Positions 50,489-59,004 of a stretch of 64,000 bases of DNA are shown here, piece after piece. Source of the DNA: Bdellovibrionales bacterium (GTDB lineage Bacteria > Bdellovibrionota > Bdellovibrionia > Bdellovibrionales > UBA1609); assembly GCA_965200875.1 (NCBI GenBank), contig OZ241456.1, positions 1,632,001 to 1,696,000 on the forward strand, written 5' to 3'. How positions within the stretch are numbered: the first letter of the stretch is position 1; the number at the start of each line of letters is the position of its first letter. The notes beneath the pieces were generated by a model. The model was not told the DNA's origin. It saw nothing but the letters and a program-made list of their open reading frames with translations, and did no database searches. The position numbers and the translations under genes were made by a program.

Positions 50489-51901
50489 CTAAGCGGGAGG
50501 TTCTGCAGTATCAATTAAATAACTAATCATTTTGTCCCAGACTAAAAAGGTTTCCGCGTGATCATAATCCTCTTCAGAAGGATTTTTACCTTTAGCAGTG
50601 GCTTTCAAATAATCTCTTATCTCCTTAGAGGAAGCAGATATATTTAATTTTCGAGCCAAGTCAAACATCAAATACGCAGAGTGCACCATAAAGCGTGCCT
50701 CTTCCTGAAACTCCTTTTCTTGTTCCTTTTTGTATTTTTCAATTTCCTGTTCTGTCATACCTTTTTCTTTTAAAGAGTTTACAGAGGAGGATATAATATT
50801 TTGTTTTTGTCGTTCCACCACTCCTTCCGGCAAAAAAGAGATAGGGTTTTTCTCCACCAATTGCCTGAGCACCTGATCCTTTAGGATTTGATAAACTTTA
50901 TCTCTCTTGAGACCTTTCAGAAAATAGCCCACAAGCTTCTTGAGCTCTGTCATGTCTTTACATTTACAAATTTTAAAAAGTTCATCATCATTCGGCAGAA
51001 CCTGTTTTTTTATCTCCATTAATTTTACTTCCACATTCATGGGCTGACCCACTTGCTCTTTGACATGATATTCTTCAGAAAAGACCACTGGGATTTTTTT
51101 TTGCTCACCAGTTTGCATACCTAAAATACCTTCTATAAGCCCTTTAAGTGGAAAATTCTCTGGCTCTTTTTTCACTTCCAGAAACAATGGTTTTCCTTCC
51201 TTCAATAACTGTATATCTGTTTTACTCGGGCCGTTTACATCCACCGGCGGATTTGGCTTTTCTTCTGCGGAGGAGGGGGCACCGGCGAAGTTTTTTTCCT
51301 CTACGGATTTGTTTTCCCCGGCAGGGTTATTTTCTTCCGAAAGAAGACTTTTTGGAGGTTCAGCTTTTTTCTGCACTGCCTGATTGATTTTCAGTTCCAC
51401 AAAATCATTCCAACTCACTGGTTTTCTCTCCGTTAAAGGTACATATTTTGCAGAACTCACTTGAATATATTTCACATATCGATCCACTTCCTCTTCTGTT
51501 ACTTCCACTGAAGGTTTTGAGAGTTGAACTTTAAAAGATTTATCTATGTCAAATTCCGGTTGAACGTCCAATACAATGGAAAAGTCAAAAGCTTGGCCTT
51601 CTTCACAGGAGGACTTGAAATCAAGTTTTTCTATATCACCAGCTGGTTCAATTTGCTCCTGTTCCAAAACCTCTAAATAAAACTTGTCAACAAGACTGAT
51701 AGCTGTGTCTTTTGTCACTTCCTCCTGATATAAAGCTCTTATCTGATTAAGAGGAACTTTCCCTTTTCTGAACCCGGGCAGATGTGCCTTTTGTTGCTTT
51801 TTTTTATAGTGTTCATCAAAACCTTTTTGAACTTGCTCAGGGGATAGGTGAATGTCCAGCTTTTTTTTCAAACCACTTAAAGTGCTTATTTTATATTTCA
51901 T
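50489..51901 (-). CDS. tig: Trigger factor (divergent, with an insertion in the FKBP-like domain)
   Basis: PGFRKGKVP ribosome-binding motif; start at MKYKIS inferred. Confidence 0.88.
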   Translation of the reverse strand: MKYKISTLSGLKKKLDIHLSPEQVQKGFDEHYKKKQQKAHLPGFRKGKVPLNQIRALYQEEVTKDTAISLVDKFYLEVLEQEQIEPAGDIEKLDFKSSCEEGQAFDFSIVLDVQPEFDIDKSFKVQLSKPSVEVTEEEVDRYVKYIQVSSAKYVPLTERKPVSWNDFVELKINQAVQKKAEPPKSLLSEENNPAGENKSVEEKNFAGAPSSAEEKPNPPVDVNGPSKTDIQLLKEGKPLFLEVKKEPENFPLKGLIEGILGMQTGEQKKIPVVFSEEYHVKEQVGQPMNVEVKLMEIKKQVLPNDDELFKICKCKDMTELKKLVGYFLKGLKRDKVYQILKDQVLRQLVEKNPISFLPEGVVERQKQNIISSSVNSLKEKGMTEQEIEKYKKEQEKEFQEEARFMVHSAYLMFDLARKLNISASSKEIRDYLKATAKGKNPSEEDYDHAETFLVWDKMISYLIDTAEPPA

Positions 51902-51947
51902 ATATACCCCCTTTAAAGCGGACTGTTTTTTACATATATAAATTATC

Positions 51948-51968
51948 AAAACATTTGACAAATGTTTT
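51948..51968. promoter_or_regulatory. Perfect palindrome, possible operator
   Basis: AAAACATTTG-A-CAAATGTTTT in the divergent tig/TPR gap; contains TTGACA. Confidence 0.45.
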
Positions 51969-52012
51969 ATTTGAATCAAACCGGAAAAGCGGGTAAAACA
52001 TTCATTGGATTC

Positions 52013-52969
52013 ATGCGCTTTTTTTACTTATTGTTGTTTTTTTCTCTGATTGGCTGTTCCTCTTTAAAAAAGAGCGACAATTCTGTTTCCAAATTGGTGA
52101 ATGTTGACCCACAGGATATGACTCTTTTTGAAAAAGCCTTTCAGAACTTGGGGATGGAAAATTACACAGCTGTTATTTCCGTATTTGAAAAGCTGGCTGA
52201 GAAATACCGGAACTCTGATTTGGAATTGGCAGCTCTTTACAATTTGGCCAGTGCCTTAAAAGAGCTTGGGCAATGTAAAAAAGCCGAAAAAATCCTCCAA
52301 AAACTAATCACAAACGCCAAAAAACAAACGCATTTAAAGCCTCGAGTTTATCTCTCTTTGTCATACATATACGAATGTCTGGGACAGGAGGAAAAAGCCC
52401 TTATAGCTTTAAAAGAGGGCCTGCAATACATAACGCATCTAACAGAGGATATTCGCCTTATTGAATACCCTGCCCGGCTTTCCCTAGCTTATATAAGAGT
52501 GGATGAAGATGAAACAGGTCTTAAAATACAAAAACAAGTTTACCAAAACCTAGAAACTGTCAAAAAAAAGTTTCGTATCAGTTCCGCCGCGGATGAAAAT
52601 TTTTCCAGATACTTTTATCTCATAGGGCGTTCGCATATTCATGTACAGCATATAAATCTGCAAAAGTTTTTAAAAATGTTTGTGTACTATCAAGCCTACC
52701 TTACTCAGTCTCTCTTGTTAAAAGCCGGAAAATGGTCTCAAAAGGCGGAAAAAGAAATAAACTCTCTTTATCGTAAAATGTGGACTGTATTGGAAAAACA
52801 ACAGAAAAAAAACACATATAAAATTCAAGTGACAAAGATTTTAAATCAGATGAAAAAAATAACAAAAAAAGCAAAGAATAAAAAACTGCATGCTCTTTAC
52901 AAGACCTTAAGAAAGAAAACCTTGTCTTTTATGCAGAAAAACAAAGTCCCAAAAAAGCACAGGAAATAA
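52013..52969 (+). CDS. Tetratricopeptide-repeat lipoprotein
   Basis: Lipobox LIGC; ALYNLASALKELG and LSLSYIYECLG TPR-like helices. Confidence 0.75.
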   Translation: MRFFYLLLFFSLIGCSSLKKSDNSVSKLVNVDPQDMTLFEKAFQNLGMENYTAVISVFEKLAEKYRNSDLELAALYNLASALKELGQCKKAEKILQKLITNAKKQTHLKPRVYLSLSYIYECLGQEEKALIALKEGLQYITHLTEDIRLIEYPARLSLAYIRVDEDETGLKIQKQVYQNLETVKKKFRISSAADENFSRYFYLIGRSHIHVQHINLQKFLKMFVYYQAYLTQSLLLKAGKWSQKAEKEINSLYRKMWTVLEKQQKKNTYKIQVTKILNQMKKITKKAKNKKLHALYKTLRKKTLSFMQKNKVPKKHRK

Positions 52970-53684
52970 AAAAGATAGAAATCGTCTAAATGTCGTCTCC
53001 ATGTCGTCTAGGTGCCGTCTCCATGTCGTCTGAGTGTCGTCTAACCGGATTAACATATTTATTCCATACAGCTCTCGAAAAATACACATAATATCAATAC
53101 TTTACAATACCATGTCGTCTAAGTGTCGTCTAACTTGCGTCTCATGTTGTCGTCTAAATGTCGTCTAACCGGATTAACATATTTATTCCATACAGCTCTC
53201 GAAAAATACAAATAATGTCAATACCTTACAACCACATGTCGTCTGAGTGTCGTCTCATGTTGTCGTCTGAGTGTCGTCTCCATGTCGTCTAACCGGATTA
53301 ACATATTTATTCCATACAGCTCTTGAAAAAATCCCATAATGTCAATACCTTACAACCACATGTCGTCTGAGTGTCGTCTGAATTTTTGGAAGAAATCTTT
53401 ATATGATGAACCACTTATTTTCTCATACCTCACTGGCAGGGTGAAAATATGCGTGTTTTCCACACACGCACTTTTCAGCTTAGGCTCGCTCAAAGTCGAA
53501 CTTGCCTCAAGGTCAAGTATTGGAAAGAGCTTTTTCACTGACACTTTTTGCAGGAAAACAAAAGGTTTTATTGTAAAACCTTGCAATTATTTTCCGAACT
53601 GCTTATAAAAAAATCAAGTGATAGCAAAAGGAACCTTACTAAGCAGAAAAACAAAGTCCCAAAAAAACCACAGGAAATAAAAAA
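52933..53684. repeat. About 41-bp direct repeats (52933-52973, 53643-53684) bracketing a non-coding insert
   Basis: GCAGAAAAACAAAGTCCCAAAAAA(G/AC)CACAGGAAATAAAAAA in both copies. Confidence 0.88.
52980..53379 (+). repeat. 124-bp tandem array (about 3.2 units) of 11-bp-phased TGTCGTCT octamers plus an IHF-like site
   Basis: Equivalent octamers at 53035/53159/53283 and 53113/53237/53361; about 18 octamers in total; TATCAATACTTTA at 53092. Confidence 0.93.
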
Positions 53685-53685
53685 C

Positions 53686-54900
53686 ATGATAACAATAAAA
53701 GAGCTTTTGCATCAAAAAATCGTTAAATATTATGATACAGTTCAAAACTGGTTTAATACAAAAAGCCAAAAGCTTTCTTTTCCTTTTTACTCCAGTTTCG
53801 ACTTGCGGGATTCTTCCGTCAAAATCACTCCCGTGGATGCCAATTTGTTTCCCGCAGGCTTTAATAACATTTGTGAAGTAGATCGGGAAAGCGCGATTCA
53901 TTTGTGCAAAGCTTATTTAAAAACTTATTTTCCAGAAGTTCAAAGCATCATTCTTTTGACGGAAGAGCACACGCAAAATCCGTTTTATTGGGATAATATA
54001 TATTCGTTAAAAACTCTTTTGGAAAACAGTGAAGTTGCTTCCGTATTTATTTGTGTGCCAGGTAAAAAGATACAGGAAGAAAAGACAATCATAAGTGCGA
54101 GTGGACATTCTCTCAAAGTGTTTTTACTGAAAAATAAAATCCTCAAAGGAGAACTTGTTATCAGCAATAATGATTTTTCTGTGGATTACCAAATGGATCT
54201 TTCCGTACCTGTCACTCCTCCTGTTTCTGCTGGCTGGCATATCCGCAGAAAACATTCTTTTTTTAAAGAATATAATCTTTTAGCCAAAGAGTTTGCGAAA
54301 TTAATTCAGGTGGAGCCGGAATATTTAACCTTGAAAACCAAAAGATTTTTGGATTTTCAGCCCGATGATCCAAAATGTCTAAAAAGATTAAAAGAAGAGG
54401 TAGAAATATTTTTATCTGAACTACACCCGATATATAAAAATATTCTTTATAAACAAGATGAACAAAAACCTTTTTTATTTTTAAAAAACAACTCCGGCAC
54501 TTATGGTTTGGGAATGACAACAATTTCCTCTTCCACAGACATAGAAAATTGGAACTATAAAATCAGAAAAAAAATGAAAGCCACAAAAGGCGGAAGGAAA
54601 GTGACAGAGCTTATCATTCAGGAAGGTATTGCTTCACACATAAAAAAGGAAGGTTCCGTGGCAGAACCAGTTATTTATTGTATTGGACGACATTTGGCAG
54701 GCGGTTTTTTACGCACGCATAAACAAAAAGGCACAAGAGATAATTTAAACAGTCCAGGGGCTGTGTACCGCACTCTTTGCATTTCCGACTTGGAAATTGA
54801 AGTGGAAGGCAAATCTATGGAAAATGTTTATGGCTGGATCGCAAACTTAGGTTCTCTGGCTTTGGCTTATGAGCTTCAATCTCTTTCCAACTCTGATTAA
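53686..54900 (+). CDS. gshA: Glutamate--cysteine ligase (divergent GshA family)
   Basis: PFYSSFDLRDS..KITPVDANLFPAGFNN, GTYGLGM, AEPVIY, NLNSPG. Confidence 0.88.
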   Translation: MITIKELLHQKIVKYYDTVQNWFNTKSQKLSFPFYSSFDLRDSSVKITPVDANLFPAGFNNICEVDRESAIHLCKAYLKTYFPEVQSIILLTEEHTQNPFYWDNIYSLKTLLENSEVASVFICVPGKKIQEEKTIISASGHSLKVFLLKNKILKGELVISNNDFSVDYQMDLSVPVTPPVSAGWHIRRKHSFFKEYNLLAKEFAKLIQVEPEYLTLKTKRFLDFQPDDPKCLKRLKEEVEIFLSELHPIYKNILYKQDEQKPFLFLKNNSGTYGLGMTTISSSTDIENWNYKIRKKMKATKGGRKVTELIIQEGIASHIKKEGSVAEPVIYCIGRHLAGGFLRTHKQKGTRDNLNSPGAVYRTLCISDLEIEVEGKSMENVYGWIANLGSLALAYELQSLSNSD

Positions 54901-55092
54901 CCAGAAACCTATTCAAACAAACCTGACTAGATCTCAAAAACTTGCTTTAATCTCTTTTTCAATACCACCTATTCATTAGAAGATATGGATGACCAACCTT
55001 TCCTGGGGCTGGTTACCCTAATATGTGAAGTTACCCTTCTTATAAGGTATAAGGAGGGTTAATAAAACTTTTAACATAAAGGAGGTCATCCA

Positions 55093-56202
55093 ATGAAAAA
55101 GAACATACTCCATGTCGGGCTTGATGTCGATGATAAAGCCTTTCATGGCACAGCTTTTTACTCAAAAACAGGGGAAATATTTGAATTTTCCTGCCGACCC
55201 AATAATGCCTGTTTGCTGAAAAAACTGCAAACTCTCCAAAAAAAGGGCTTTAAACTCCATACTTGCTATGAAGCCACATACATCGGATACAGCCTGCACC
55301 GCTTTTTAATGAGTAAAGGCATTCAAAATAGCATCATTGCTCCATCTTTGATCCCAAAAAACCCAGGAAAATGTGTTAAAATTGATCGCATAGACAGTAA
55401 AAATCTGGCCATTTATTTCTCCAAAGAACTTCTTACAGCCATATGTGTACCAGACAAGAGTGATGAAGAGGTCCGGGATGTTATCCGTTCCAGAAGCTTT
55501 TTAGTTCGTCACAGAGCTTGCGTCAGAAGACATATTCTTTCCCTCAGTAGAAGACAGGGTTTAAATTATCGGGAAGAAAAAGGAAACAAATCTCATTGGA
55601 CAGGTTCTCATACAGACTGGCTTTTTCAAAAAGTAAAAACTTTAAGTGAAAGAGTTAAAAGCAATATAGGTAGGTTATTGGAACAGGAACAACAAATCAG
55701 TCAAAGTATTCAGGAATATGATGAACAGATAGTGCAGTTTTCTAAGAACCCTGAGTATAAAAGAAAAGCAGAAACTCTTTGTTGTTTCCGTGGAATAGAT
55801 ACTCTCTCTGCTATGACTTTGATTATAGAGATAGGAGATATAAGACGATTTGCCACTCCTAGGAAACTGTCCAGTTATGCGGGCTTTGATGTTAGAGAGT
55901 ATAGCTCAGGAGGTAAGGAAAGAAAGTTCAATATCAGTAAATTAGGGAATAAACAGATCAGAACAACGGTTGTGGAAGCCTGTCAGCAGTTAGATTACAG
56001 CTACAGGATAAGTCGCAGACTTAAGAACGCCCGTGAAGGTCAGCTAAAACAGGTGGTGGATATTGCAGATAAGTGCATAAGAAGATTGAGAAAAAGGTTT
56101 TTCCACTTATATAAGAGCGGTAAACAAAGAAACAAAATAAAAGTAGCTTGTGCAAGGGAATACTTAAGCTTTATTTGGGAAGCTTTACGAGAGGTTTCCT
56201 GA
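55093..56202 (+). CDS. IS110-family DEDD recombinase/transposase
   Basis: VGLDVD, CYEA, KIDRIDS, EIGDIRRF, YSSGG, ACARE. Confidence 0.93.
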   Translation: MKKNILHVGLDVDDKAFHGTAFYSKTGEIFEFSCRPNNACLLKKLQTLQKKGFKLHTCYEATYIGYSLHRFLMSKGIQNSIIAPSLIPKNPGKCVKIDRIDSKNLAIYFSKELLTAICVPDKSDEEVRDVIRSRSFLVRHRACVRRHILSLSRRQGLNYREEKGNKSHWTGSHTDWLFQKVKTLSERVKSNIGRLLEQEQQISQSIQEYDEQIVQFSKNPEYKRKAETLCCFRGIDTLSAMTLIIEIGDIRRFATPRKLSSYAGFDVREYSSGGKERKFNISKLGNKQIRTTVVEACQQLDYSYRISRRLKNAREGQLKQVVDIADKCIRRLRKRFFHLYKSGKQRNKIKVACAREYLSFIWEALREVS

Positions 56203-56225
56203 TAAAGCTTTATTAGAGAAAAGTT

Positions 56226-56409
56226 ATTAGAGGAGGAGATATTTTTTAAGCCATGAGTGATGAAGCCCCCGAGGCCTGACATAGGCTATAAAGTGCCTGC
56301 TGTTTAGAATGGAGGATAACATCATTTTGTACAAACTTAATGCGGTAACCAGTACGCGGATATGAGTTTAAAAATCCATGTTGCTCATAAATATCTCCAT
56401 ACCTCTAAT
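56226..56409 (+). ncRNA. Putative IS1111 seek/bridge RNA
   Basis: Non-coding region closed by a long stem: ATTAGAGG/GGAGATATTT pairs with AAATATCTCC/CCTCTAAT; position typical of IS1111 elements. Confidence 0.6.
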
Positions 56410-56700
56410 TTTTATCATTGACAAGTTGGTCATCCATAGGAGTCCCTTACAGGCGGGAATCCCCTATGGAAAAAGTAATGTCAAGGACATACCCCTCCTC
56501 TGCAAAACTTTTTTTAAGCCTTGCGTTATGATCTCCTCTAAAGTGGTTTCTACGGAAGCCTCTTGCGTTAACAGTCTCAAAAGTCACTCTGCTTTATTGC
56601 AATATATAGTGAAAACAGTATTTTCACATTCACCTATTCGAACTCTCACCTCAAAAAAGTGGTGGGTTATAATAAAATCGGAAAATAGAGCGGGAGCTAA

Positions 56701-56835
56701 TCAAGATATAGAACGGAACAAAGCAGATCTCTGATTCTTTAAACGAACCAGACTTCTCACTACATCATGATATCCACTGACCAGTTTTCTTAAATTAATA
56801 AAAAATTCACCACTGTGATATACTTCCTTAAACAT
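56701..56835 (-). pseudogene. Fragment of a second IS110-family transposase
   Basis: Manual translation MFKEVYHSGEFFINLRKLVSGYHDVVRSLVRLKNQRSALFRSIS resembles the IS110 coiled-coil region. Confidence 0.55.
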
Positions 56836-56924
56836 ATTATCAAGGAAAATAACATACTTTTTCACGAGCGACTACTTACTAAAAAACATTAAAGTCATTT
56901 CCATCAATAACCGATAAACCTTGT

Positions 56925-57467
56925 ATGAAAACTATAAATCTATACAGATTTCCCAAACTCTACAATCCTGCGAAAGTAGGAATATCACCCAAAAAAGACA
57001 CTTATTTAAGACGAACTATAATAATAATTGTATTCATAATTTTGATGATTGGTTGCGCTACTCCATATCAACATCGCGGATGGAGAGGAGGATACTCTCA
57101 TCTGCAATTGGATAATAATGTTTTTAGAGTGAGATTTTCAGGCAATGGTTACACTAGTATGAGTAGAGCAATAGATTTTAATCTTTTAAGAAGTGCTGAA
57201 ATAACTTTAAGAAGAGGGTATAAATATTTTCAAGTAGTAAACTCTCGTTCTGGACATTCATACAGCTCTCACAGAACACCTGAAAGAGCAGAAACTTCTT
57301 TTTACGGAAATTCTGCCACAACAACAATTACTGGCGGAGAGACATATCATATTGCAAAGCCAAGCACTTCCCATATTATTGTATGTTTTAAACAACGTCC
57401 AAAAAATGGATTAAGTTACAATGCAAAATTGATTTACAAAACCTTAAAAAGAAGATATGGCCTATAA
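56925..57467 (+). CDS. Conserved hypothetical lipoprotein
   Basis: MIGC-ATPYQ lipobox; GGYS, FSGNGYT, LLRSAEITL..GY.YF; true start may lie downstream. Confidence 0.75.
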   Translation: MKTINLYRFPKLYNPAKVGISPKKDTYLRRTIIIIVFIILMIGCATPYQHRGWRGGYSHLQLDNNVFRVRFSGNGYTSMSRAIDFNLLRSAEITLRRGYKYFQVVNSRSGHSYSSHRTPERAETSFYGNSATTTITGGETYHIAKPSTSHIIVCFKQRPKNGLSYNAKLIYKTLKRRYGL

Positions 57468-57548
57468 AATTTGATTCAGGTTTTAGTACTTGTAAAAAAA
57501 TCAAATAATAACAGTGCGTTAACAGCTTTTTCACGGAGGACTATCTAT

Positions 57549-58655
57549 TCAATAAAATGGTGTATAAGGAAAGGATTTACCTTGGCTTAAGAAATTATCT
57601 CTTACTTGCTCTCCCACTTTAGAAACCATCAAAGTAGCAACCTTTGGTAAAATAGTTTTACTTTGTTTCCAATCATCCAATGCTATACCATTTTTTGGGA
57701 GCATGTTTTCAGGCACATCAACTCTTAAAAGATGATCTCTACCTATTAGTAAACCAGCTTGACCAATAGCATTCATTGATTGAAGGTGCATAGCTCCATT
57801 AATAATTTTTCTCCAGTGCCAAATTCCTCCTCTGGTTATCATTTTGTTTTGAATAATATACGGAATTTCACCACATCCTATACTCAAAATTTTAATATTA
57901 TCCCTATGAACATCAAACGAAGATAAAGCTTCAACTAAACCAATCATACAAGGATTATTTGCCCACACTCCCCCATCAGCGAATATATATCCACTATCTC
58001 TAAAAGGTTTAAAAAAAGTTGGAGCAGAAGCCGTAGAAATAGCTACCTTTACCATTTTTTCCTCACCATCTTTTTTAAAATCAAGGTGATGAGGTGTCTT
58101 AAACACATAAACTTCACTATAACTTCCTTCAAAAGAAGGGATACATAAATGAACCTTACTTTCCTTTAGTTTTTTTTCTTTAAAGACTGATCCTAAAACA
58201 GAGCTTAGGTTGTCTATATTATAAGGGCAATATAAGTATTGTAAAAATTTTTTCCATAGCCTGTATTTGAATATATTTTTGCCTTTCTCTATATATAGCT
58301 TTGAAATTTCAGAAGCTTTCATCCCAGCTCCAAGGCCAAGCGCAATAATCCCTCCTGTAGAAGTGCCACAAATCAGATCAAAATAATTAACTATACTCTC
58401 ACCATTCAAGTATTTAGATTCCAATTCTCTTAGAAAACAGGCAGGAAATATACCTTTTATCCCACCACCATCTATACTGAGAATACGAAAAGTTCGCTCT
58501 GGGGGCCATTTATTTGGCACTCTCTTTATTTTTAAAATCCCTTTTGAGCGTCTTTCTGGATTATATTTTGAGTCTTTTATTTTTCTTTGTTTTTTTCTTT
58601 TTTGTAGGATGTCTCCCTCCTCCTTGCCAGCAACCTGTATAAAGCCAACCTTCAT
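57549..58655 (-). CDS. CBASS patatin-like phospholipase effector (CapV-like)
   Basis: DGGGIKG, GTSTGG, SAPTFF, DGGVWANNP; start uncertain because of overlap with E2. Confidence 0.9.
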   Translation of the reverse strand: MKVGFIQVAGKEEGDILQKRKKQRKIKDSKYNPERRSKGILKIKRVPNKWPPERTFRILSIDGGGIKGIFPACFLRELESKYLNGESIVNYFDLICGTSTGGIIALGLGAGMKASEISKLYIEKGKNIFKYRLWKKFLQYLYCPYNIDNLSSVLGSVFKEKKLKESKVHLCIPSFEGSYSEVYVFKTPHHLDFKKDGEEKMVKVAISTASAPTFFKPFRDSGYIFADGGVWANNPCMIGLVEALSSFDVHRDNIKILSIGCGEIPYIIQNKMITRGGIWHWRKIINGAMHLQSMNAIGQAGLLIGRDHLLRVDVPENMLPKNGIALDDWKQSKTILPKVATLMVSKVGEQVRDNFLSQGKSFPYTPFY

Positions 58656-59004
58656 AATAAAACAACCATAGACTTGTCCAAGGTATAATTGTATCAGCTA
58701 TAAATTTATCATGATTCCATTCTCCTTTTTTAGGATCAAAAAGACATAACTTGTCACCCTCATATACATGAGGGAGTTGTTTCTTTCCTTTGGCTAAAAT
58801 CAGCTCTGGTTTAATTACAGTGATTTTAGGAGACTGCTTGTGTACATACTCTATTTTAATTTTATATTTTGGACTCCAGTCTGTTGGTTGCAGTTCCCCA
58901 ATCCAGATTCCTTTTTTATAATTGCCCTTACTATTAAAAATTGGAAATTTTTCCTTTATTCCCTGATCTTGCTGGATTATGGAAATAGTACTTTTATGAT
59001 ACAT
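58561..59004 (-). CDS. Prokaryotic E2 (ubiquitin-conjugating-like) protein of CBASS
   Basis: WIGELQP, PHVY..DKLCLFDP, IIPWTSLWLFYYE.W..TG.W.GGG.HP. Confidence 0.85.
   Translation of the reverse strand: MYHKSTISIIQQDQGIKEKFPIFNSKGNYKKGIWIGELQPTDWSPKYKIKIEYVHKQSPKITVIKPELILAKGKKQLPHVYEGDKLCLFDPKKGEWNHDKFIADTIIPWTSLWLFYYEGWLYTGCWQGGGRHPTKKKKTKKNKRLKI

Larger units (their letters stand above)
54977..56439 (+). mobile_element. IS110-family element, IS1111 type
   Basis: Sub-terminal IRs TATGGATGACCAAC (54984-54997) and GTTGGTCATCCATA (56425-56438); internal IR copy GGTCATCCA before the ATG; outward TTGACA at 56418; exact ends inferred. Confidence 0.85.

Noticed and set aside
52980..53379. CRISPR array
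   Set aside because: Segments between the conserved blocks are themselves octamer repeats, not unique spacers; no cas genes
53339..53685. Short ORFs and the 46-aa N-terminal extension of GshA in the ORF track
   Set aside because: They derive from the repeat insert and the duplicated gene end; the ATG at 53686 fits the family start
56378..56734. 118-aa plus-strand ORF
   Set aside because: Spans the IS right end and the antisense of an IS110 remnant; no recognisable motifs
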